Shown: one piece after another, positions 109,998-119,880 of the stretch
Numbering within the stretch: position 1 is the stretch's first letter
How the letters are laid out: every line of letters starts with the position of its first letter
From: Hyalangium minutum
GTDB lineage: Bacteria; Myxococcota; Myxococcia; Myxococcales; Myxococcaceae
Direction of reading: 5' to 3'
Length of the DNA stretch: 124,000 bases
Assembly (NCBI RefSeq): GCF_000737315.1
Contig: NZ_JMCB01000005.1
Location: forward strand, 144,001 to 268,000
Notes under the pieces: model-generated
What the model was told of the DNA's origin: nothing
What the model saw: the letters and a program-made list of their open reading frames with translations, nothing else
Database searches by the model: none
Program-made: the position numbers and the translations under genes

Positions 109998-111554
109998 ATG
110001 GCCGTCAGTGAAGAACGCCGTTTCGAGGCTCTCGTGCTCGCGCCCGTCCGGCGCGTGCAGCGGCGCCTCAATGCGGTGGCCTGGGCTGAGGCGGGCATCA
110101 TCCCCATGTGGGCCGCCGTCACGGTCTGTGTCGTCGCCCGCCTGCTGCTGCGCGACTCCGCCCTATGGACCGCCCCCGCGTTTCTCCTGGCCGGTGGCGC
110201 GTGGTGGGGCTACCGGGCTCGGCACCGGGGCATCTCGCTGGAGCACGCAGCCGTGCTCGCGGATCGCTCAGCCAATGCCGGCGGCCTGTTGCTGACCCGC
110301 CTGGAGCGCCCCGTCGGAGATTGGGAGCTCTCCGTCAACCAGCTCGCCCGCGCCGTGAAGCCCCCCGAAGTCCAGTGGCGGCGCCCCGTGGGAGCCCTGG
110401 CCGGTGCGCTCCTGTTCCTCGTCGTGGGCTTCCTGCTCCCGCTGCCTCCGCCTTCCTTGCGCCCCATCAATGCAGCCGCAGCGGCCAAGGTCGCCGCCGT
110501 CCAGGCCAAGGCCGAGACGCTCGCCAAGGAGGAGCCTCTGGGCGCTCCAATGGAGGAGGAACTGCGCCGGCTGGCCGAAGAGGTCGCCGAGGGCCGCTTC
110601 GACGCGGGCGACTGGGAAGCTGCTGACGGTCTGGAGAAGCGCCTCGCCGAGCGCGCTGCCGAGGCCGCCGCAGAACTGGCGGGAGCCTCCGAGGCCGCTC
110701 GCGAATTGGAGGAGGCGCTGGGAGCCTCGGGGGATGCGGAGCGCGCGGCCCGCGAGCGCGAGGAACTGGAGCGAGCGCTCATGGCGCTCAATGGGAACGC
110801 GACCGAGGGAGAGAACGGGCAGGGCGGGCAGGACGGCAAGGAACAGCAGGGCCAGCAGGGCGAGCAGAATGGCCAGGGTGAACAGAATGGCCAGAGTGGG
110901 CAGGAAGGGCAGGAAGGGCAGAGCGGCTCCGTGAAGGACGGCAACACGGGGCAGGACGGTCAGCAGGGTTCGCAGGGCTCGCGCCGTACCGCGTCCGCGC
111001 AGGCCGGTGGCAACCTCGATCAGATCTCCAATCTCCGGCGGACGTTGGAGCGGCGGCAGCAGCAGCTCGAAGAGCGCTTCGGCCAGGGCAACTCGGCGCA
111101 GGCGAACAACCGCCGCCAGTCCGGAACCGGGCGCCGAGGCTCCCGGCAGATGCAGGGCCAGGGGCAGGGCGAGGGGGAAAACGGCGAAGGCGAGGGTGAG
111201 GGCGAGGGTGAGGGCGAGGGCGAGGGCAGCAGCGATCACGTCAGCCGCCAGGTCCGGCAGGGCGAGGGCTCGGGCGCCTCGCGTGGCGGAGGGAGCAACC
111301 CGCTCGTCTTCGGAGGCGAGGCGGAGATGGACCCCAACCGCCTCGAGTTCCAGCCGCTGCCCGAGGGCCAGGGCGGAGAGGCGAACGAGCTGTGGGGCCT
111401 GAAGGCCGCCGATCCGCAACGGGAAGGCGTCACGGTGACGCCGTCGGCGGCGAAGGGGCAGGGCGTGCAGGGGGACGCGACGCCGGGGTACTCCTCGGGG
111501 CCGCTGTTGCCGCGCAACCGGGACCTCGTGAAGCGATATTTTGGTGATCAGTGA
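109998..111554 (+). CDS. Membrane protein with coiled coil and Gln/Gly/Glu-rich low-complexity tail (MoxR-operon associated)
   Basis: 3 TM; EGEGEG repeats (about 111187-111228); C-terminal RDLVKRYF. Confidence 0.7.
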   Translation: MAVSEERRFEALVLAPVRRVQRRLNAVAWAEAGIIPMWAAVTVCVVARLLLRDSALWTAPAFLLAGGAWWGYRARHRGISLEHAAVLADRSANAGGLLLTRLERPVGDWELSVNQLARAVKPPEVQWRRPVGALAGALLFLVVGFLLPLPPPSLRPINAAAAAKVAAVQAKAETLAKEEPLGAPMEEELRRLAEEVAEGRFDAGDWEAADGLEKRLAERAAEAAAELAGASEAARELEEALGASGDAERAAREREELERALMALNGNATEGENGQGGQDGKEQQGQQGEQNGQGEQNGQSGQEGQEGQSGSVKDGNTGQDGQQGSQGSRRTASAQAGGNLDQISNLRRTLERRQQQLEERFGQGNSAQANNRRQSGTGRRGSRQMQGQGQGEGENGEGEGEGEGEGEGEGSSDHVSRQVRQGEGSGASRGGGSNPLVFGGEAEMDPNRLEFQPLPEGQGGEANELWGLKAADPQREGVTVTPSAAKGQGVQGDATPGYSSGPLLPRNRDLVKRYFGDQ

Positions 111555-111569
111555 CAGAGAGGAGCCGAC

Positions 111570-112565
111570 GTGTCTGAGCTTCTGAGCCCCGCCGAAGTCC
111601 AGGGGGCGGCGGAGGTTGCGGCCCAGCTGAAGAAGGGCCTCAACCAGGTGCTGCTCGATCAAGAGTCCGTGGTCGAGCAGGTCGTGGTCGCGGTGCTCGC
111701 GCGAGGCCACGTGCTGCTCGAGGGCCTGCCGGGTCTCGGCAAGACAGAGCTGTGCAAGGCGATGGCGCGGCTGCTGGCGCTGCCCTTCCGCCGCATCCAG
111801 TTCACCCCGGACCTGCTGCCCGGCGACATCACCGGCACCTACGTGCTGGAGGGAGAGGGCCGCCGCGAGTTCACCTTCCGCGAGGGCCCCCTGTTCGCCA
111901 GCGTTGTCCTCGCGGACGAGATCAACCGCTCCAGCCCCAAGACGCAGTCCGCGCTGCTGGAGGCGATGCAGGAGCGGAGCGTGACGGTGCTCGGGCAGAC
112001 GCGCGCGCTGCCGGATCCGTTCTTCGTGCTGGCCACGCAGAACCCCATCGAGCTGGAGGGCACCTACCCGCTGCCCGAGGCGCAGCTCGATCGCTTCCTC
112101 TTCCGCGTCCAGGTGCCGCCCGTAGGGGCCAAGACGCTGAGCACCCTGCTCACCACCCGCGTGCGCGGCGCGCCTCCCGCGCTCCCGTCCGTGCTCGACG
112201 GCGAGAGCCTGGGGCGCCTCTTCGCCGCGACGGACCGGGTGCACCTGCCCGGGCCCGTGGCCGACTTCATCGGCCGCCTGGTGGAGGCCAGCGACCCGCG
112301 TCAGGCCCACGCTCCGGACTCGGTGCGCCGGTTCGTTCGCTATGGGGCCTCGCCTCGTGCCGCGCTGGGACTCGCCGCTGCTGGCCGGGCGCTGGCGCTG
112401 CTCCGGGGCAAGCCCAACGTGGGCTTCGACGAGGTGACGACTGTGGCGCCCGCCATCCTCAACCACCGGCTCGTGCTCGCCTACGAGGCCTCGCTGGAGA
112501 AGGTGTCCTCCACCGAGGTCATCCGCGCGCTGCTCCAGGCTGTGCCCGAGGTGCCACGTGCGTAG
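111570..112565 (+). CDS. MoxR family AAA+ ATPase
   Basis: GLPGLGKT, RIQFTPDLLPGD, DEINR, ATQNPIE..GTYPLPEAQLDRF. Confidence 0.95.
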   Translation: MSELLSPAEVQGAAEVAAQLKKGLNQVLLDQESVVEQVVVAVLARGHVLLEGLPGLGKTELCKAMARLLALPFRRIQFTPDLLPGDITGTYVLEGEGRREFTFREGPLFASVVLADEINRSSPKTQSALLEAMQERSVTVLGQTRALPDPFFVLATQNPIELEGTYPLPEAQLDRFLFRVQVPPVGAKTLSTLLTTRVRGAPPALPSVLDGESLGRLFAATDRVHLPGPVADFIGRLVEASDPRQAHAPDSVRRFVRYGASPRAALGLAAAGRALALLRGKPNVGFDEVTTVAPAILNHRLVLAYEASLEKVSSTEVIRALLQAVPEVPRA

Positions 112566-114498
112566 CTCCGTGCAGGCCTGGCTTCTATGCGCCACGCTGC
112601 TGGCTGGGAGCGCCGGATTCGCGCAGCCCCTGGCCGCGAGTGTGTCTGGGCCTGTGGAACTCGTGCTGAGGACCTCGCCGCCGCCACCACCACCGCCGGT
112701 GGTTCCCGCTCCGGCGGAGGAAACAGACGCGGCACCCGAGGAGGCGGCTCCCGCGGATGACTCGGAGGCCACGGAGGACGCCACCGCCAAGGAGGCCGCT
112801 GTCGCCGAGGACGTCGAGCATGAAGTGGTGCGCTCCGGCTACGCGGACACAACGGGCAACCTGCAGAACCTGGAGGACATGGACGGGCTGCGCGTCTCGG
112901 TTCGCTCGGGCGCGCTGCGCGCGAAGCGCGGGTACACGCCCGTGGAGGTGACGCTGTACAACACTGAGAACGTGCCCAGGCCGGTGCGCCTCCGCTTCCA
113001 GGGGTACAGCTCGGGCTCCTCCACCACGGAGCGTGTGGTGGAGCTGGGCGCGCGACAGCGGCTCACCACGCACCTGCTCGTTCCCGCGCCCGTCGCGTCC
113101 GGCATGTTCACCGTGGATGGGCCTGGCATCCGTTCCCGCAACACGGGCGTGTACCTGGATGAGGGCAACACGCCCACGGCCCTGGTGCTCGGCTCCTCCA
113201 AGGCCTTCGAGGCGGTGACCGGGATTCACCGCGTTGAGGACCCCAAGCCCGCCGAGGTGGATGTCCGCTTCGTGCCCGTGCAGGACGCGCCCCGGGAGCT
113301 GGCCGCCTACGTGGGCTTCCCCGTGGTGCTGGTGACCGAGGAAGTGGCCTCGGTGCCCTCGGATGTGTGGGCGGCGCTGGAGAGCTACGCCGCGGCGGGG
113401 GGCTCTCTGCTGATAGCCCTGCCTCCGCGCGACCTGCCGCAGCGCCTGCCGCTGCTCAACCTGGAACCCCAGCGCGACACGTGGAACGACTACGGCTTCG
113501 GCCAGGTGTACCTGTGCCAGTCCGGAGCGAGGGACTGCGGCAACGCGGCGCTATTGGTGGATCAGGACAGCAAGCCTCCGGTGGACCCGATAGGGCCGCC
113601 GCCGCGCTGGGAGAACAACCGCTTCGCGCTGAACGGCGGTGAGACGCCGCTGCTGCCCAATGCCCTGGTGCCGCTGGGCCGCTTCCTCTTCTTCATCTTC
113701 CTGTTCTCACTGGCGGTGGGGCCGGGCGGGCTCATCCTTGCGCGACGCAAGGGCCCCGTGGCGCTGCTGATCGGCGTGCCCGCCGTGTCGCTGGTCACCT
113801 GCCTGGTCATCGTCGGCAACTCGTTGCTGGTGGACGGCTTCGTCACCCACGCCTCGCGCTACAGCTACACCTGGCTGGACCGGCCGAGAGACCGGGCCGT
113901 GACGGCGGTGGTGGGGGGCTACTACGCCAACCTCGCGGCCAGAACGGTGCGGCTCCCGTCCCACAGCGTGTTGATGGCGCCCGCGGAGATGGACGACTGG
114001 CTCGTCGACGTGAACTGGACGGGCGGAGGCATGGAGGCGGAGGGCTTCCTCCCGGCGCGCACCTATGTGGAGTGGGGCGAGGTGGCGGTGGCTCCTTCGC
114101 GGGCTCGGCTCGCGGTGCGCCGCGAGGGGAACACCGTGAAGGTGCAGAACGCGCTGGGGGCTCCCATCCAGCGGGGCTACCTCCGGTACGGGCAGCAGAG
114201 CTACTGGGTGCCCGAGCTCGCCGATGGCGCCGAGGCCGTGGCCATCGAGGTCACCTCGGAGAGCGGGAGCGAGAAGGAACGGCGCGAGGCGCAGGAGCGA
114301 AACATCCTGGAGATCGTGGACGCACCCACCCCGGTGAAGCGCCGGGTGACGAAGGTCGGCGTGGAGTTCTACGCGCCGCTCGGGGAGAGGGGCTTCGTGG
114401 TGCGGCTCAAGGGCATGGGCTACGGGCCGCTGGCGGGCATGAAGGTGGAGCTGCACGAAGGGCTCCACTACGTGCGCGGGCAGGTGGATGCGCCATGA
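112558..114498 (+). CDS. Secreted/membrane hypothetical protein of the MoxR operon
   Basis: Signal peptide; 3-TM block AVGPGG..; overlapping junction with moxR. Confidence 0.7.
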   Translation: MRSSVQAWLLCATLLAGSAGFAQPLAASVSGPVELVLRTSPPPPPPPVVPAPAEETDAAPEEAAPADDSEATEDATAKEAAVAEDVEHEVVRSGYADTTGNLQNLEDMDGLRVSVRSGALRAKRGYTPVEVTLYNTENVPRPVRLRFQGYSSGSSTTERVVELGARQRLTTHLLVPAPVASGMFTVDGPGIRSRNTGVYLDEGNTPTALVLGSSKAFEAVTGIHRVEDPKPAEVDVRFVPVQDAPRELAAYVGFPVVLVTEEVASVPSDVWAALESYAAAGGSLLIALPPRDLPQRLPLLNLEPQRDTWNDYGFGQVYLCQSGARDCGNAALLVDQDSKPPVDPIGPPPRWENNRFALNGGETPLLPNALVPLGRFLFFIFLFSLAVGPGGLILARRKGPVALLIGVPAVSLVTCLVIVGNSLLVDGFVTHASRYSYTWLDRPRDRAVTAVVGGYYANLAARTVRLPSHSVLMAPAEMDDWLVDVNWTGGGMEAEGFLPARTYVEWGEVAVAPSRARLAVRREGNTVKVQNALGAPIQRGYLRYGQQSYWVPELADGAEAVAIEVTSESGSEKERREAQERNILEIVDAPTPVKRRVTKVGVEFYAPLGERGFVVRLKGMGYGPLAGMKVELHEGLHYVRGQVDAP

Positions 114499-114526
114499 GG
114501 AGCGCGAGACAGCAGGAGGTGCGGCG

Positions 114527-115507
114527 ATGAGCCTGTTGCAGGTGAAGGGGCTGCGGCGCGACTTTGGCTCGCTGCGCGCGGTAGATGACGTGACGTTCGA
114601 GCTGGCGGCGGGCACCATCCTGGGCTTCATCGGGCCCAACGGCGCGGGCAAGAGCACCACCATGCGCATCATCGCCACGCTGGACACGCCCAGTGCGGGC
114701 GAGGTGCTGCTGGATGGGCAGTCCGTGGTGGACACGCCGGACAAGGCCCGGCCGCTGATCGGCTACATGCCGGACCGCTACGGCACTTATGACGACGTCA
114801 CCGTGTGGGAGTTCCTCGACTTCTTCGCCCGGGCATACGGCCTGAAGGGTGCGGCGCGGAAGAAGCGGGTGGATTCGGTGATGGAGTTCACGGGGCTGGT
114901 TCCACTGAAGGACAAGCTCACCAGCGCGCTGTCCAAGGGCATGCGGCAGCGCGTGGCGCTCGGGCGGACGCTGCTGCATGACCCCAAGCTGCTCATCCTG
115001 GACGAGCCGGCGGACGGCCTGGATCCGCGCGCCCGCATCGAGCTGCGCGAGCTGCTGCGGGCCCTGGCGGATCAGGGCAAGGCGGTCCTCATCTCCAGCC
115101 ACATCCTCACGGAGCTGGCGGAGATCTGCGATACGTGCGCCATCATCGAGCAGGGCAAGCTGCTGGCCACGGGCAAGGTGGCGGACCTGCTGGCGCAGAG
115201 CCAGACGGGGGCCGGCACGGAGCTGACGATCCGGCTGGCGGTGGGCGCGGAGGGCGAGGCGGCCTACGAGCGCGCCGAGCGGGTGGTGCTGGAGCAGCCT
115301 CGGGTGGGGCAGGTGTCGCGAGAGCCTGGGCAGCTGCGCGTGCGGCTGGAACTGGAGGCGGGCGCGACGCGGACCCAAATGGATGAGGCGGCTGCGCGGC
115401 TGCTGGCGGCGCTGGTGACGGCGGGGGTGCCGGTCTGCGCCTTCAGCCACCGGGAGCTGAACCTCGAGGATGCCTTCATGACGGTGACGAAGGGGAGGGT
115501 CGCGTGA
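114527..115507 (+). CDS. ABC-2 type transporter ATP-binding protein
   Basis: GPNGAGKST, LSKGMRQR, LDEPADGLDP, SSH. Confidence 0.92.
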   Translation: MSLLQVKGLRRDFGSLRAVDDVTFELAAGTILGFIGPNGAGKSTTMRIIATLDTPSAGEVLLDGQSVVDTPDKARPLIGYMPDRYGTYDDVTVWEFLDFFARAYGLKGAARKKRVDSVMEFTGLVPLKDKLTSALSKGMRQRVALGRTLLHDPKLLILDEPADGLDPRARIELRELLRALADQGKAVLISSHILTELAEICDTCAIIEQGKLLATGKVADLLAQSQTGAGTELTIRLAVGAEGEAAYERAERVVLEQPRVGQVSREPGQLRVRLELEAGATRTQMDEAAARLLAALVTAGVPVCAFSHRELNLEDAFMTVTKGRVA

Positions 115508-116985
115508 GCGCGCCCGTGGAGACCGTGGGGGCCAAGGGCTCGCTCAGCGAGCGGCTGGGAGACCGCATCAACCCCCTGGTGGTGAAGGAGATCCGCCAGG
115601 GCCTGCGCACCCGCATGTTCTGGGTGTGCTTCGGGCTGATGTTGCTGGCGTGCGTGCTGCTGTCGCTGATGGCGTACGCGGACGTGAAGGACGGTGGGTA
115701 CCGGGCGCGCGGGAACACGTACTTCTTCACCTACTTCGTGTGCCTGGGGCTGGTGCACTTCTTCGTCATTCCGTACAGCGCGTACCGCTCGCTGGCGCGC
115801 GAGCGCGAGGACGAGACGTGGGTGTTGCTGGCGCTCACGGGGCTGGGGCCCCGGCGCATCCTGCGGGGCAAGGTGACATCCTTCCTGGCGCAGGCGGCGC
115901 TGTACGCCTCGGCAGTGGGGCCCTTCCTGCTGTTCAGCTACTACCTCAACGGCATCGACCTGCCGACCATCCTCCTGGTGCTGGTGCTAGGGGCAGCGTG
116001 GCTGGTGTTCCTCACGGTGCTCGGGGTGTGCGCGGCGACGCTGGCGGACGCGCGGCTGGGGCGGGCGTTCGTGCACTTCCTGGTGCTGGGCCTGCTGGCC
116101 AGCGGCGTGGCGCAGGGGCTGGGCGGGGCGTTCGCGCTCAGCGAGGGCGGCTCGCGGCTGATGCGCGAGCGCGAGTTCTTCTCCGTCATCGGCGTCGCGC
116201 TGTGGCTGATGCTCAGCTATGGGTGGCTGCTGTTCGAGGCGGCGGCGGCGCGGCTGTCGCTGGTGACGGAGGACTACTCCCGAGGGCCTCGGCGGGCGCT
116301 CATCATTCAGGTGCTGGTGAGCGCGGCGATCGTGGTGGGACTGTGGGCGAATCAGTCACATGAGCGCGAGGTCGCGGTGATAGCTGGCGTGGCCGGGTGC
116401 ATGCACCTGACGCTGTGCGGGCTCTTCGTGGTCTCGGACGTGGATGGACAGGCGCGGGCGCTGCGGTCGTCGACGCGGCCCTGGAGTCTGCTGCGGCCTG
116501 GGGCGGTGCGCGGCTTCCGGCTCATGGTGTTGCTGATCGCGGGCTGGTCCATCTTCTGCGCGCTCTTGGGGCTGAGCTCGGATGACGTGCAGAGCAACTG
116601 GCGCTCGTTGATCTACGTCACCCTGGCGGCGGCTGCATACCCCGTCCTCTACTTCGCGGTGGCCATCCTGGTGGCGAAGATGCCGCGCTCGGATCGGTTG
116701 AGCTCTCCGGCGGCGGTGCGGGTGCTGTTCATATCGCTGGCGGGCCTGGGCGCGGTGCTGCCGCCGCTGTTGGCGCTGCTGGTGGACGAGCCTGCGGACA
116801 ACGGCCTCATCAACCTGCTCAACCCCATCGTGGGCCTGGTGAACTTCGGGCAGCACGACTACGGGACAGATCTGCCGAAGATGACGGTGGAGTTGCTGTG
116901 CTTCGTCTGCGGGGTGGCCGCGCTCGCCGCCTTCGCTGCGGATCGCACCCTGATCGAGCGAGAGCAGCGGGTCCACACCTCGTGA
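115504..116985 (+). CDS. ABC-2 type permease
   Basis: NPLVVKEIRQGLR, REREDETW..L.LT, multi-TM. Confidence 0.8.
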   Translation: MSAPVETVGAKGSLSERLGDRINPLVVKEIRQGLRTRMFWVCFGLMLLACVLLSLMAYADVKDGGYRARGNTYFFTYFVCLGLVHFFVIPYSAYRSLAREREDETWVLLALTGLGPRRILRGKVTSFLAQAALYASAVGPFLLFSYYLNGIDLPTILLVLVLGAAWLVFLTVLGVCAATLADARLGRAFVHFLVLGLLASGVAQGLGGAFALSEGGSRLMREREFFSVIGVALWLMLSYGWLLFEAAAARLSLVTEDYSRGPRRALIIQVLVSAAIVVGLWANQSHEREVAVIAGVAGCMHLTLCGLFVVSDVDGQARALRSSTRPWSLLRPGAVRGFRLMVLLIAGWSIFCALLGLSSDDVQSNWRSLIYVTLAAAAYPVLYFAVAILVAKMPRSDRLSSPAAVRVLFISLAGLGAVLPPLLALLVDEPADNGLINLLNPIVGLVNFGQHDYGTDLPKMTVELLCFVCGVAALAAFAADRTLIEREQRVHTS

Positions 116986-117839
116986 GCGCGGCGGACGAGA
117001 GCGAGGTGGCTCGGCTGGCGCCGGGGTTGGCGCTGGCGCTGCCTCGGGTGCCTCACCGGGGGCGGGTAGGCGAGGTGCGCGCCTCGTCCGCGGGCTCCTC
117101 GTTGGAACTGCACGACTTCCGGGTGTACCAGCCTGGGGATGACCTGCGGCAGGTGGACTGGAACGCGGTGGCGCGGACGGGGGAGATCATCCTCCGGGTG
117201 CGGCAGGACGAGGTGTCTCCGCGAGTAGAGGTGCTGGTGGATGCGTCGCGCTCCATGGCGTTGAGCCCGGCGAAGGAGGCGCGAGCGCGGGAGGTGGCGC
117301 TGCTGGCGGTGGAGGTGGCGGCGCTGCAGGGACTGACGCCCACGCTGCTCACCACGAGCGCCCGGCCGGAGCGGACACAGGGGCAGGTGTGCCGCTCGGC
117401 GCTGCGGGCGTCGGCGTTCGATGCGAAGGATGATCTGGGAGCCGCACTCGGGAGGATGCCGCCGCTGCGGCCGTGTGGCCTGCGGGTGGTGGTGAGCGAC
117501 TTCCTCTTCGAGGCGGACTTGTCTGGGCTGATGGCTCGGCTGGCGCGAGGGGCCTCGGCGCTGTTCGTGGTGCAGGTGCTGGACGCGGAGGACCTGGATC
117601 CCACGGGAGGCGAGGGGGCGCGGCTGGTGGACGCGGAGAGCGGCGCGGCGTTGGAGGAACTGCTGACCGAGGACGTGCTGGCCGCCTACGCACGCCGCTT
117701 CGCCGAGCACCAGCGCGCGCTGCGGGCTGCAGCGGCTCGGGCGAGGGCGACCCTGGTGACAGCGCCCGCACCGGAGCGGCTGAGCACGCTGGTGCGAGGC
117801 CCGCTGCGGCCGCTCTTCGTATCGGGAGGAGCGGCGTGA
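116982..117839 (+). CDS. DUF58 domain protein
   Basis: ELHDFRVYQPGDDLRQVDWN, DASRSM, SDF. Confidence 0.9.
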   Translation: MSAADESEVARLAPGLALALPRVPHRGRVGEVRASSAGSSLELHDFRVYQPGDDLRQVDWNAVARTGEIILRVRQDEVSPRVEVLVDASRSMALSPAKEARAREVALLAVEVAALQGLTPTLLTTSARPERTQGQVCRSALRASAFDAKDDLGAALGRMPPLRPCGLRVVVSDFLFEADLSGLMARLARGASALFVVQVLDAEDLDPTGGEGARLVDAESGAALEELLTEDVLAAYARRFAEHQRALRAAAARARATLVTAPAPERLSTLVRGPLRPLFVSGGAA

Positions 117840-119554
117840 GCTTTGGCTTCCCATGGGGGCTGCTGGCGCTGGGGGCGTTGGTGCCACTGGCGGCGGCGTA
117901 CTTCCTGCGGCGGCGGCAGAAGCCGGTGACGGTGAGCGCGCTGTTCCTGTGGCGCACGCCTCGGCCACGCGCGGAGGCGGGTCCGCGCTTCGAGCGCTTC
118001 ACGCGGGAGTCCTCGCTGCTGCTGGAGGCGCTGGCGGTGGTGGCGGCGGCGCTGTTCCTGGCGGACGTGCGCTTCAGCGAGGACACGCGGGCGCGGCACG
118101 TGGTGCTGGTGGTGGATGGGAGCCTCTCGTTGTCGGCGCGAGGGGCGGATGGGGTGACGGTGCTGGAGCGGGTACGCCGGGAGGCGGCCAGGCGGGTGGA
118201 GGAGGAGCGCGCCACGCGGGTGACGGTGCTGGCGAGCGGCTCGGTGCCTCGGGCGATCGCGGGCCCGGAGGCGGAGCCCTCGCGGGCGCTGGGAGCGTTG
118301 GAGTCCTTTCAGGCGCTGGGGGCGGACCACGACGTGACGGCCACGCTGCTGTGGGCGCAGGAACTGGCGGGGCCGGGACGTCGGGTGCACTTCTTCACGG
118401 ACGTGCTGCCAGCCGAGGGTGCGGTGGTGCCTCCGGCGGTGCGGTGGACGGCGCTGGGGACGGTTCGGGACAACGTGGCGCTCGTGTCGGCGCAGCGGCG
118501 GGACGAGGGCACGAAGGCGACGGTGACGCTGCGGGTGGCACGGTTTGGCGGGCCGGACTCGGTGGAGGTGCGGGTACGCGCGCAGCCGGGGCCGGGAGCG
118601 AAGGAGGGGACCGAGCAGCGCGAGGTGGTGCGGCTGCCCACGGAAGGTGCGGCGACTGTGCGCTTCACCTTTGAGAACGCGGGCGATGTGGAGGTGATGT
118701 TGCCGGACGACGCGCTGCCGGAGGATGGGCAGGCTCGGCTGGTGCCCTCGGCGGTGCGTCGGGTGCGTGTGGCGCTGGCGGAGGGACTGGAGCCGCGGAC
118801 GAAGCAGGCGCTGGAGCGCTTCCTATCGGTGGCACCCGATGTGGAGACGGCGGCCGGGGAGGGCGCGCTGATCGTGGGGCCGAGGGGCACGACCGCGAGA
118901 GTGACGGTGGGGGCGGGGGGCACGCTGCGGACATTCCTGGGGCCGTTCTTCTCGGAGAAGGGGCACCCGCTGCTGGACGACGTGCAGCTCGCGGGTGTGC
119001 GGTGGACGGCGGGAGACAATCCACCGGGCCGGGCGCTCATCACGGCGGGGGACGCGGTGCTGCTGGCCGAGGAGGACGGGCGGGTGCACGTCAACCTGGA
119101 ACTGTCGCGTTCGAATCTGCAGCGCACGCCCGCGTGGCCCGTGCTGCTGGGCAACCTGCTGCGCGAGGCCCAGCGCACGCGGGAGGGATTCCCGCGCAGG
119201 CATCTGACGCTGGGAGAGCCCCTGCCGGTGGTGACGCAGCCAGGGGCGCGCTACACGCTGGAGGGCCCGCTGGGAGAGAAGCCAGTCTTCGGAGCGGGCT
119301 CGTTGACCCTGCCTGCGCCGCCCGTGCCGGGCCGCTACACGCTGGAGCGGGATGGAGAGCCGGTGGACGCGACGGAGGTGCTGGCGCTGGACGCACGCGA
119401 GTCGGATCTGCGCGCGAGGAGCAGCGGCGAGCGGGAGGCCACTGCGGCGGAGAAAGAGGAGAGCAGCACGGGCTCATCGAGCCGGGCGCGCTGGCCCCTG
119501 CTGGTGTTGCTGGGAGCGCTGTTGGCGGACTTCTACGTCACACGGCGGAAGTAG
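117836..119554 (+). CDS. BatA/WFA N-terminal + vWA-like domain protein
   Basis: GLLALGALVPL..YFLRRR..VSALFLW; VDGSLSLS MIDAS-like; C-terminal TM. Confidence 0.8.
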   Translation: MSFGFPWGLLALGALVPLAAAYFLRRRQKPVTVSALFLWRTPRPRAEAGPRFERFTRESSLLLEALAVVAAALFLADVRFSEDTRARHVVLVVDGSLSLSARGADGVTVLERVRREAARRVEEERATRVTVLASGSVPRAIAGPEAEPSRALGALESFQALGADHDVTATLLWAQELAGPGRRVHFFTDVLPAEGAVVPPAVRWTALGTVRDNVALVSAQRRDEGTKATVTLRVARFGGPDSVEVRVRAQPGPGAKEGTEQREVVRLPTEGAATVRFTFENAGDVEVMLPDDALPEDGQARLVPSAVRRVRVALAEGLEPRTKQALERFLSVAPDVETAAGEGALIVGPRGTTARVTVGAGGTLRTFLGPFFSEKGHPLLDDVQLAGVRWTAGDNPPGRALITAGDAVLLAEEDGRVHVNLELSRSNLQRTPAWPVLLGNLLREAQRTREGFPRRHLTLGEPLPVVTQPGARYTLEGPLGEKPVFGAGSLTLPAPPVPGRYTLERDGEPVDATEVLALDARESDLRARSSGEREATAAEKEESSTGSSSRARWPLLVLLGALLADFYVTRRK

Positions 119555-119592
119555 CGAGGAGTGCGCGGATAAGCCTGCGCCTCGAGAACCGC

Positions 119593-119631
119593 CTACCCGG
119601 GCTCCAGCACGAACAGATGGCCCTCACTGGT
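119593..119631 (-). repeat. Duplicated 3' end of the DUF4261-like gene (direct repeat copy 1)
   Basis: 119599-119629 matches 121504-121534 at 28 of 31 nt; reads TSEGHLFVLEPG-stop versus DTEGQLFVLEPQK-stop. Confidence 0.8.
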
Positions 119632-119880
119632 CACTCACGAGAGAAGCTCCGGCGGGTTGCAATGCGTCTTGTGGGGGAACTGCCGCTGTTGCCGGGCGCT
119701 GGTCTCAAGAACCTGTCTGACAAGTAGACCACCTCGCTTCAGGCTCTTGGGAAAGGGAGTCAACTGGAGCCCTGCAGCGGTCTGGTAGCACTCTGGACCT
119801 GGGGGATCGTGTGTGCGGCAGCCGACCCATGAGGTAGGTTCTATCCCTGCAGAGGAAGCTCAGCCTGCAGGGAGCGAAAG

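Noticed and set aside
111160-111260. GGCGAGGGT/C microsatellite
   Set aside because: It encodes a Gly-Glu low-complexity linker in frame. Noted under that CDS, not a separate element.
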